Shown in pieces: positions 28,062-38,480 of a stretch of 64,000 bases of DNA. The stretch comes from Setoptus koraiensis (taxonomy: Eukaryota; Animalia; Arthropoda). The notes under the pieces are model-generated. The model worked only from the letters and a program-made list of their open reading frames with translations, made no database searches and was not told where the DNA came from. The stretch is from the NCBI GenBank assembly GCA_048013815.1, contig CM106586.1, positions 4,030,001 to 4,094,000 on the forward strand, read 5' to 3'. The translations under genes were made by a program, and so were the position numbers. How positions within the stretch are numbered: the stretch's first letter is position 1; each line of letters begins with the position of its first letter.

Positions 28062-28123
28062 TTCGCTATTATTTCCTTTCCTGACAACGTTGCCAACGTG
28101 TCAGCACAGGAAATAATAGCGAA
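28062..28123. other. Near-perfect 62-nt hairpin (pre-miRNA-like)
   Basis: TTCGCTATTATTTCCT (28062-28077) is the exact reverse complement of AGGAAATAATAGCGAA (28108-28123). Inner CTGAC/GTCAG and ACGTT/AACGT pairs extend the stem. Confidence 0.5.
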
Positions 28124-28470
28124 ATGAATGCTTTCGACCAAAACTGTCATGATTTGATAACAGAAACTCTAGTACCAGACAAGCTATCACCAGATTAAGC
28201 TCGTAACCTCTATGACTGGTTCATCCTATAGTTGGTTAGATAACAACACAAAGCGTGGGCGTTTCACCATGTCCTAACCTTATCTATCTAGACTGCTAAT
28301 CTAAACTTGTGTTCGGATTAGTTTTGTTTTGATGATTATTCTAGCAGGTACACATTTCGTCAGAACTCAACTTTTGTTTCTCTCTACCGTTTGATAAGAA
28401 CAACAATTTACACGGGCCAGAATTTCAAAAAGGTCACACCGATGTGGGCAACATATCGCAACAACTAGCA

Positions 28471-28511
28471 ACTACCATTGCCTGATGATTTCCTCTTCAG
28501 GCAATGGTAGT
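28471..28511. other. Perfect 15-bp inverted repeat with an 11-nt loop
   Basis: ACTACCATTGCCTGA (28471-28485) / TCAGGCAATGGTAGT (28497-28511). Confidence 0.6.
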
Positions 28512-29041
28512 CTTCATTAGAGATCTTCATTCATTGCCGAGTGTCGTTTGCCATGATCGATGTCTAGTGTCTGCCGGATTACAGATGTAAGCGATCGGGT
28601 GGCAGAGAGGTGCGAACAAAAATCACTATTTAATTAGTCATCTAAGTATCGGTCATCGTGGTCGGAGGGGACAATTTTATTGAGCGAGGCGCGACATGAG
28701 CCGGCGTAAAAGTGAAAATATTTTCATTTGAGTTTCGCGCTTAACCACGTGCTTCCGACCGTTGTCAGCATCGAGATTAGTTGTTCGGCACAGAAACTGT
28801 GCACAATTTTGAACCGGGCGCACATTTTGCTACTTCACTGTGTAGATTTTCAGTTCTGTGTTTACAAAAAGTTGCACAGCATAAAAAATATCGAAAATCT
28901 ATAGGAGGGCTGAATGAGAGATCAATTGCGGCCGCTTCTACCAACGTGTCCACCCAATAATATCCATCTGCAACTGTATTATCTTGCTCTAATTACGTAT
29001 CTTCATCTCGTCCAAAATTGTTTGAATTCAAGTAATTCAAC

Positions 29042-32000
29042 ATGTTTAGTCAACCACCGCCTCACATTCCCACCGCGGAGGAGCTGGAGGAGAAGGCAAA
29101 GAAATGGCAACAACTACAAATGAAACGATATGCCGACAAGAGAAAATTCGGATTTGTCGACACCCAAAAAGAGGAGATGCCACCCGAGCATATAAGAAAG
29201 ATAGTCAAAGATCATGGCGACATGACTAGTAAGAAATTTCGTCATGACAAACGGGTCTATTTGGGTGCGCTTAAATATATGCCTCATGCAATATTAAAAT
29301 TGTTAGAGAATATGCCAATGCCTTGGGAACAAATAAGAGATGTTCCTGTTTTATATCACATCACTGGAGCTATCACCTTTGTGAATGAGATACCCTGGGT
29401 TATAGAGCCAGTATTTACAGCTCAATGGAGCACCATGTGGATTATGATGAGGAGAGAAAAACGTGATAGGCGTCACTTTAAACGTATGAGATTCCCCCCG
29501 TTCGATGACGAGGAACCACCCCTGGACTATGCTGATAACGTTAATGATGTAGAACCTCTAGAGGCCATTAGGCTAGAACTTGACCCCGAAGAGGATGTCG
29601 CTATTGCCAGTTGGTTCTATGAACATAAACCTTTGTTAGATACCAAACACGTTAATGGATCTACATATAGAAAATGGTTTCTAGAATTGCCACAAATAGC
29701 AACCTTGTACAGGCTGGCTGATCAATTATTGACTGATTTAGTCGATGACAACTATTTTTATTTATTCGATCAAAAATCCTTCTTCACGGCAAAAGCGCTC
29801 AATATGGCCATACCGGGCGGACCCAAATTTGAACCTCTCATTAAGGAAGTTTATCAGGCAGATGAGGATTGGAATGAATTCAATGACATTGATAAGATCA
29901 TCATTAGGCAGCCTATCAGGACGGAATACCGTGTTGCATTTCCTTACCTTTACAATAATAACACTCAATACGTGCATCTATCCAAGTAAGTAGGAAATTC
30001 TGTTATGCAGTAACAAAGAATTCTTTTTTCATTCCACATAACGTAGGGCTGATTGTTTTTCTAAGATTGATTGGCAACTTCGGCAAAGGCGTGTGGTAAA
30101 AAAACAGTACTTGAACTGATGAAATCTCGATTTCGCACGGTTCACCTATTGCTACGTTCAAGCCATCCCTGTCTCTTATAGGTTATAACGAAAGGGGAGC
30201 GAACTAAGCGCTGACAAACAATATCATATTGTTGAATGTCCATCTATTATTTTTCTACCGCCACTAATCATTCGAATGCATCGTCATTTTTCTTCTTACT
30301 TACGTCTACCAGGTATTACTCACCACGTGTTGTCTATATCAAGACGATGGATCCCAATCTTCCTACATATTACTACGATTTCTTGATAAACCCCATTCCT
30401 GCAACTCGGAGCAAGTTGCCTGATTTTATAACCGACGATGATGACGATTTCATCTTGCCCAGAGATTTAGAGCCCTTCTTTTCAGAGTATGATCTGCAAA
30501 CAGACAACACATCGAATGGTATTTCCCTCCTCTGGGCTCCCAAACCATATAATCTCAGGTCTGGAAAGACCAAGAGAGCCGTTGATGTTCCCCTAGTCAA
30601 AGAGTGGTATCGCGAGCACTGTCCACCTGGAATGCCTGTCAAAGTAAGAGTTTCCTATCAGAAGCTACTGAAGTACTTTGTTCTTAACTCACTGCATCAG
30701 CGACCTCAAAATCCCAAAAAGAAGAGATATCTCTTCAGGTCATTTAAAAGTACCAAATTCTTTCAAGCCACAACACTTGATTGGGTGGAAGCAGGTCTAC
30801 AAGTCTGCCGTCAGGGTTATAACATGCTCAATTTACTAATACACAGGAAAAACCTCAACTACTTACATTTAGATTATAATTTTAACCTCAAGCCAGTGAA
30901 AACTCTCACAACCAAAGAAAGAAAGAAATCGAGGTTTGGAAACGCTTTTCATCTCTGCAGAGAAATTCTTAGATTGACGAAACTGATTGTCGATAGTCAC
31001 GTTAACTATAGATTAAATGAAGTAGACGCATTCCAGTTGGCCGATGGTCTTAACTATATATTTACCCATGTCGGCCAATTAACTGGAATGTATCGTTATA
31101 AGTATAAGTTGATGAGACAAATCAGAACATGTAAGGATCTAAAGCATCTCATATACTACCGCTTCAATACTGGTCAAGTCGGCAAGGGTCCTGGTTGTGG
31201 ATTTTGGGCCCCATGCTGGCGTGTCTGGCTCTTCTTCATGAGAGGTATAACGCCATTGTTAGAACGTTGGTTAGGAAACTTGCTATCTCGCCAGTTCGAA
31301 GGTAGACATTCTAAAGGTGTAGCCAAAACAGTGACCAAACAAAGAGTCGAAAGTCATTTTGATTTGGAACTTCGAGCAGCTGTAATGCACGATATAGTCG
31401 ATATGATGCCGGAGGGAATCAAGCAAAATAAGGCTCGAACTATCCTTCAACATCTCAGTGAGGCTTGGCGTTGCTGGAAGGCAAATATACCTTGGAAGGT
31501 TCCGGGTTTACCGATAATGGTTGAAGATATGATTCTCCGTTATGTCAAGATGAAAGCTGACTGGTGGACGAATACAGCTCACTACAATCGTGAGAGAATA
31601 AGACGAGGAGCAACAGTCGACAAAACAGTTTGTAAGAAAAATTTGGGTCGATTGACTCGATTATATCTTAAATCAGAACAAGAGCGCCAGCATAATTATA
31701 TCAAAGATGGGCCTTATGTCAGTCCTGAGGAAGCCGTGGCTATATATTCCACGACTGTTCACTGGCTCGAGAGTAGACGCTTCTCTGCAATACCATTTCC
31801 GCCGCTTTCGTACAAGCATGACACTAAATTACTAATATTGGCACTGGAACGTTTGAAGGAAGCTTACAGTGTAAAGAGTAGACTGAATCAGTCACAAAGA
31901 GAGGAGCTCGGACTCATTGAACAGGCCTACGACAATCCTCATGAGGCTCTTTCTAGGATCAAGAGACACCTATTGACCCAGAGAGTATTCAAAGAAGTCA

Positions 32001-35000
32001 GTATCGAGTTTATGGATCTTTACTCACATCTGATTTGTGTCTATGAAGTTGAGCCGTTGGAAAAGGTGACCGATGCCTACTTAGATCAATACCTTTGGTT
32101 TGAGGCTGATAAGCGAAGACTGTTTCCAGCATGGATCAAACCTGCTGATTCAGAACCACCTCCTTTACTAGTCTACAAATGGTGTCAAGGTGTGAATAAC
32201 CTGCAAGATGTTTGGGACACATCTGACGGCGAATGTAATGTTCTGCTTGAATCTAAATTTGAAAAAGTTTACGAAAAGATTGATCTCACCCTCCTCAGCA
32301 CACTATTGAAACTGATAGTAGATCACAACATTGCTCATTATATGACATCAAAGAACAATGTTGTAATCAACTACAAAGATATGAATCATACTAATCAATA
32401 TGGACTCATAAGAGGCCTTCAATTCGCTTCATTTATCGTTCAATATTATGGATTAGTGCTTGACCTGTTGTCACTCGGATTGACTCGAGCATCAGAGATG
32501 GCTGGGCCTCCGCAAATGCCAAATGATTACCTCTCCTATCAAGATGTGCAAACTGAAACTATCCATCCTATAAGGTTATACTCACGTTACATAGACAAGA
32601 TTTACATGTTCTTCCGTTTCACTGCGGAGGAGGCGCGCGATCTCATTCAGCGTTATCTCACCGAACATCCAGATCCAAACAACGAAAACATCGTGGGCTA
32701 TAATAACAAGAAATGCTGGCCCCGTGATGCTAGGATGCGTCTAATGAAGCATGACGTGAATTTAGGACGTGCTGTGTTTTGGGATATTAAGAACAGGTTA
32801 CCTCGTTCTGTCACGACTATACAGTGGGAAAATAGCTTCGTCTGCGTATACAGCAAAGACAACCCAAACCTCCTATTCAATATGTGTGGTTTTGAGTGCA
32901 GAATATTACCGAAGTGTCGTATGGCAGGTGGTGAATTAATCAAGAAGGATGGAGTTTGGAGTTTACAAAATGATCTAACCAAAGAGGGCACAGCTCAGTG
33001 TAGCCTGCGAGTTGATGACGATTCAATGCACAAGTTCCACAATAGAGTGAGACAGATATTAATGGCCTCAGGATCCACAACATTCACTAAGATTGTCAAC
33101 AAATGGAACACCGCACTGATCGGCCTGATGACCTATTACAGAGAGGCTGTGATGAACACTCAAGAATTGCTGGATCTTTTAGTCAAATGTGAGAATAAGA
33201 TACAAACTCGCATTAAGATTGGTTTGAACTCTAAAATGCCTTCCAGATTCCCACCTGTTGTGTTCTACACACCCAAAGAGCTAGGAGGACTTGGCATGTT
33301 ATCAATGGGACACGTGTTGATACCTCAATCCGATTTAAGATGGTCCAAGCAAACAGATGCTAGAATTACACATTTTCGGTCCGGATTGAGTCACGATGCC
33401 GATACAGTCTTACCTAATTTGTTTCGTTACATACTACCATGGGAGACCGAGTTCAAAGATTCTCGGCGTGTTTGGGCTGACTATGCGCTCAAGAGACAAG
33501 AGGCTCTTGCCCAGAACAGAAGACTCACTCTAGAAGATCTGGAGGACAGTTGGGATAGAGGCATACCTCGTGTTAATACTCTCTTTCAAAAAGATCGACA
33601 CACATTAGCGTATGATAAAGGATGGAGAGTCAGAACAGATTTCAAGCAGTACCAAATGCTGAAACAAAATCCATTCTGGTGGACCCATCAGCGGCACGAC
33701 GGAAAATTGTGGAATCTAAACGATTACAGAACCGACATGATTCAAGCTCTAGGTGGAGTAGAGGGGATACTTGAGCATACACTATTCAAAGGAACATATT
33801 TCCCAACATGGGAGGGTCTATTTTGGGAGAAGGCGAGTGGATTTGAGGAGTCGATGAAATACAAGAAGCTGACCAACGCTCAACGTTCTGGATTAAACCA
33901 AATACCTAATCGACGTTTTACATTATGGTGGTCGCCAACAATTAACCGTGCCAATGTCTATGTTGGGTTTCAAGTTCAACTCGATCTGACTGGAATATTC
34001 ATGCATGGAAAAATTCCCACATTGAAAATATCTCTCATCCAGATATTCAGAGCCCATCTATGGCAAAAGATACACGAAGGAATTGTTATGGATCTGTGTC
34101 AAGTTTTCGATCAAGAACTGGATGCCCTCGAAATAGAAACCGTTCAAAAAGAAACAATTCATCCTAGAAAGTCATATAAGATGAATAGCAGTTGCGCTGA
34201 TATATTACTGTTTGCCGCTTACAAATGGACCGTGCACAAACCATCATTACTTGCCGATACTAAGGAGATGACTGATGGGCACACAACAACGAAATATTGG
34301 ATCGATGTACAATTGCGATGGGGCGATTATGATTCTCACGATATAGAGAGGTACGCTAGGGCTAAATTTTTAGATTATACTCATGATAATATGAGTATGT
34401 ATCCATCACCAACTGGAGTCGTTATAGCAGTTGATTTAGCTTATAATCTTCATTCGGCTTATGGAAATTGGTTTCCATCTAGTAAAATTCTTTTGCAACG
34501 TGCCATGGCCAAAATAATGAAAGCTAATCCTGCCCTCTATGTTCTTCGAGAACGTATAAGGAAAGGTTTACAATTGTACTCTTCAGAACCGACGGAGCCA
34601 TACCTTTCTTCTCAGAACTATGGTGAGCTCTTTTCCGATCAAATCATCTGGTTCGTTGATGACACCAACGTCTACCGTGTCACGATCCACAAAACTTTTG
34701 AAGGTAATCTGACGACGAAGCCCATCAACGGAGCTGCATTCATATTCAATCCTAGGACAGGTCAACTCTTCCTTAAGATTATTCACACTAGTGTCTGGTC
34801 GGGCCAAAAGCGTCTCGGACAGTTAGCCAAATGGAAGACGGCCGAGGAGGTGGCTGCCCTAATCAGATCTTTACCTGTGGAAGAGCAACCGAAACAAATC
34901 ATCGTCACTAGAAAAGGAATGTTAGATCCTCTTGAGGTAAGTTAAACTACTCGACACTTGTGGGCTCGACAAAAAACACGTGATTTGGTAACTTGATCCA

Positions 35001-36608
35001 GTTATTATCACATTTGTTCAGCCACATATGAAATTCGTCTTCTCTTTTCATAGTGCTACCTCATGCTGATTACATCCATGAGATAGTCTCCAGTAGAAGA
35101 TACATGGATAATACACTCTATCATCTGAGAACAATTCTTATTTTCGATTCACTCTAATCTTAATCCTTCAATTCTCTGATCTTGTTCCTTTCTCACAAAT
35201 GATCATTCCATTCTAGGTTCACTTGCTCGACTTCCCTAATATTGTCATCAAAGGAAGTGAACTTCAGCTTCCCTTCCAAGCATGCTTAAAAGTTGAAAAA
35301 TTTGGTGATCTCATCCTCAAAGCAACTGAACCTCAGATGGTACTATTCAATTTATATGATGACTGGTTGAAAACAATATCTTCTTACACAGCATTTTCCA
35401 GATTGATACTAATCTTGAGGGCATTGCATGTTAACAATGAACGAACTAAAATCATTTTGAAACCGGACAAGACCACTATAACTGAGCCTCACCAAATTTG
35501 GCCATCTCTCACGGATGAACAATGGATTCAAGTAGAAGTAAAATTGAAAGATTTAATTTTATTGGACTATGGAAAGAAAAACAATGTCAATGTTGCCTCA
35601 CTAACACAATCTGAGATCAGAGATATTATTCTAGGTATGGAAATATCTGCACCATCAGCACAACGTCAACAGATTTCTGAAATTGAGAAGCAAACAAAAG
35701 AACAGGGTCAAATGACAGCTACTACTACTAAAACTGTGAACAAGCAAGGTGATGAAATTATAACGGCTACAACTAGTAGATATGAGACCACTACATTTTC
35801 CAGTAAAACTGATTGGAGATCTCGTGCTATCTCGGCAACAAGCCTATATATAAGATCGGGTCACATTTACGTAGCTTCTGACGACATAAAAGAAACCAGC
35901 TATACTTATGTGCTACCCAAGAATCTTCTCAAGAAAATCGTATTGATATCAGATCTTAGAACACAGATAGCAGGTTACATGTATGGAATAACTCCTCAGG
36001 ATAATCCCTTGGTGAAAGAAATCAGATGTATAGTGATGCCACCACAATGGGGCACTCACCAGACTATTCATCTACCTAACCAACTCCCCAACCATGAAGA
36101 TCTTAATGAGTTGGAACCGTTGGGCTGGATTCACACTCAACCTAATGAACTACCTTATTTATCACCCGAAGACGTTGTCACTCACTCTAAAATTATGTCT
36201 GATAATTCAAGTTGGGAACAGGACAAGACTATCATAATCACTTGTTCTTTCACTCCCGGATCATGCTCATTGGTGGCTTATAAACTCACGCCAAGTGGCT
36301 ATGAGTGGGGAAGAATGCAAAGTTCAGAAAAAGAGATAAACCCTCAAAGTAGATCAAATAGTCATTACGAGAAAGTCCAAGTCCTATTATCCGACAAATT
36401 CTTGGGTTTCTTCTTAGCTCCCGTACATGGTTCATGGAACTATAATTTTGTGGGCGTCAGGTATGATGCGAACATGAAATATCAGTTACAATTGTCAAAT
36501 CCCAAGGAATTTTACCATGAAATTCACAGGCCAGCCCACTTTTTGAATTTTAGTTCACTAGAGGAACAAAACAATACTGGTTTGGATTATGAGAGTTCTT
36601 TCGTTTAA
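29042..36608 (+). CDS. Prp8: Pre-mRNA-processing-splicing factor 8 (U5 snRNP core protein), ~2319 aa
   Basis: Exons 29042-29985, 30313-34936 and 35217-36608 (GT-AG, phases 2 and 0; 6960 nt in total). Hallmark motifs: [59 protein letters not shown], and the Jab1/MPN motif [10 protein letters not shown]. Confidence 0.99.
30034..30219 (+). ncRNA. Candidate snoRNA-like structured RNA in Prp8 intron 1 (target not identified)
   Basis: Hairpin CCACAT/GTGTGG (30034-30096), then an A-rich H-box-like segment (30098-30106), further stems (TGAAC/GTTCA, TCCCT/GGGGA) and ACA at 30214-30216. TGATGA (30117-30122) and CTGA (30211-30214) resemble C and D boxes. No convincing guide was found. Confidence 0.3.
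34959..35107 (+). ncRNA. Box H/ACA snoRNA in Prp8 intron 2; predicted guide for 28S helix 69 pseudouridine (E. coli 23S 1911-equivalent)
   Basis: Fold: 5' hairpin, H box ATATGA (35026-35031), 3' hairpin (lower stem TCTTCT/AGAAGA, upper stem GCTA-CTCATG/CATGAG-TAGT), ACA at 35102-35104. Pocket strands TCATAGT (35048-35054) and CTCC (35088-35091) pair with the conserved LSU sequence GGAG-UA-ACUAUGA. The pocket top is 14 nt from ACA. Confidence 0.8.
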
Positions 36609-36710
36609 GATCACATAAAAAGTTCGAACTAATACACTGCAATTATTTTAGCGATTGGCTGAAACACCCCATACTTTAGGTAAGTTTTCTAAACATTATA
36701 ACTGTTATCT

Positions 36711-36843
36711 GGGCGAAACTCCAGAGTGTCAGCGCTTACCCAAACTGACAGCTTTTGGATTTTGCCAAAATTAAAGGCGACTTTGGAGGACTGTGATGGT
36801 GCAAACCAATGCCTTCATACGTTCCAGCTACTACGCGACAAAC
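36711..36843 (+). ncRNA. Box H/ACA snoRNA copy 1 (intron downstream of the Prp8 stop); predicted 28S rRNA pseudouridylation guide
   Basis: 5' hairpin GGCGAAA/TTTTGCC plus TGTCAG/CTGACA, H box AAATTA, 3' hairpin, ACA at 36838-36840. Guide strands ACTTTGGAGG and CCAGCTACTA pair with the conserved 28S sequence UAGUAGCUGG-UUC-CCUCCGAAGU, and the 3' guide starts 14 nt before ACA. It lies in the GT-AG intron 36680-36916. Confidence 0.85.
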
Positions 36844-36916
36844 TATCATCTTTCATGCTATCACCATATATAACATTTATGAGCAACGACTAATTAACCA
36901 TCTTTTACTTTTACAG

Positions 36917-36933
36917 TGTATGGAGGAATGAAG
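36917..36933 (+). other. 17-nt non-coding microexon separating the two snoRNA-bearing introns
   Basis: cttttacttttacag|TGTATGGAGGAATGAAG|gtaagt, with branch-like CTAAT at 36890-36894. Confidence 0.7.
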
Positions 36934-36973
36934 GTAAGTTTCCCAATCAACTGTTAAAATACTACCATGATCA

Positions 36974-37106
36974 TGGCGGGACTCCAGAGTGTCAGCGCTT
37001 ACCCAAACTGACAGCTTTTGGATCTTGCCAAAATTAAAGGCGACTTTGGAGGACTGTGATGGTGCAAATCAATGCCTTCATACGTTCCAGCTACTACGCG
37101 ACAAAT
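36974..37106 (+). ncRNA. Box H/ACA snoRNA copy 2 (paralog of copy 1)
   Basis: The core 36981-37105 is 123/125 identical to 36718-36842, and flanks diverge just outside the predicted RNA. The basal stem is GGCGGGA/TCTTGCC. ACA is at 37101-37103. It lies in the GT-AG intron 36934-37224. Confidence 0.85.
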
Positions 37107-38480
37107 TATAAATCTGAAACTCAAATCAAGACTCACCTAACTTCGACATCAATTTATTAAATCAATTATCATCAGCTTCTAATAGAATGAACGCCTTTAT
37201 CTCTCGTACACTTTTCCATTACAGTACTTAAGGCAACCCCGACGATAAATTCCGATTGAAATGTTGATCTCAAACCAAAGCGAGGATTTAAGGTGTCATC
37301 GATCACTCAAACTGAGAGCTCTAGTAATTCTTGTCTATAAACAGACCTTTTCTGTCTGATAATGGCATCCAATAACGTCTATTCTACCGCGCCCACAGCC
37401 CATGTTAGAGACCAAAGGTATATACCTGGTATATCATTAGATATCCGTTACACCGTTTGCAGTGGATGCACATAGGCAGGAGAATGATGAACTAAAACAT
37501 TTGTTGTGATTATTAGGCAATCAATCAGTCAACCAATGTGTAGAAAATTTGTAATAATAAATAACACACTTCATGATTTACAACACAGTGAATTGCGAAA
37601 TATATTTAGCGTGGAGATTTGAATCACACATATCGTTGATGTGACTTGGTCATGTTACGATAAATCAACGAAAAAAATGAATTGTGATATCGCATGATTG
37701 TCTTCAATGTATTAAAAATTAGATGCAAATTCAGATTGTATTCTTATTAGGATTATTATTATTATTACTATAAGTGGCCCAATTGATGAATTAATTTATA
37801 GTAATAATAGCTAAACGCACTGGCGCTAATAACGTATCGGTAGTGTTACGTTACAGACTTTACTGCGCTCGCATTTTGAGACGCATTGTGTAAATTAGAA
37901 CATATGATGCTTTGTTTACAACTTTTTTAAGCATTGTGAGGCATTAATGCGCAAGCTCATTGCAATAATTTAATAAAACTCAAGTCAATATTATTGCTGT
38001 TGGCTTTGGAAAAAAATGGAAATAAATTCAAACACTGGCAGAACAGCCGATCCACATTTTGTTGAATTAATAATCAGGACGAATCGAAACGAATTACTGT
38101 CGTAGCTACAATCGGTCTTCCTTAACCGTCACAATAATAATCTCATCAATTTTCATTCATTATTACAATAAAATGAACAATCGAATGGAACAAAATAATA
38201 GAGAAAATAATTTTGAAAAGAAGTATCTTATCTAAACAAGACGCCCTACGACATAAATCATGATTTAATCAGACTCACTGTTTTTGCATATATTTACATT
38301 CATGCATTCATAAAGACTTTAGACTAATCCAGAGTATTCGCATAATAGCAACCATTTGCCATCCATTTATCAGGAGAAGACTTAGGAACTTATATATAGG
38401 ATAGAGAATAAACATTATACATATATTTTATCTAAATATACATAGTTATTATTAGATAATATAGTTATTCAGATAGAAGG

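Noticed and set aside
33820-33860. Known fungal Prp8 intein insertion site ([11 protein letters not shown])
   Set aside because: The site is uninterrupted; no intein is present.
36603-37248. Alternative Prp8 C-terminus from splicing at TTC|gtttaa into the small downstream exons (RLAETPHTLVYGGMKYLRQPRR)
   Set aside because: Weak donor and a 49-nt intron; the unspliced end (..LDYESSFV) already matches the usual Prp8 length. An acceptor-like site at 36651 is noted but unexplained.
37293-37399. Possible third host intron with a C/D snoRNA (terminal stem TGTCAT/ATGGCA, CTGA)
   Set aside because: No recognisable C box, a weak donor (GTGTCA) and no rRNA complementarity found.
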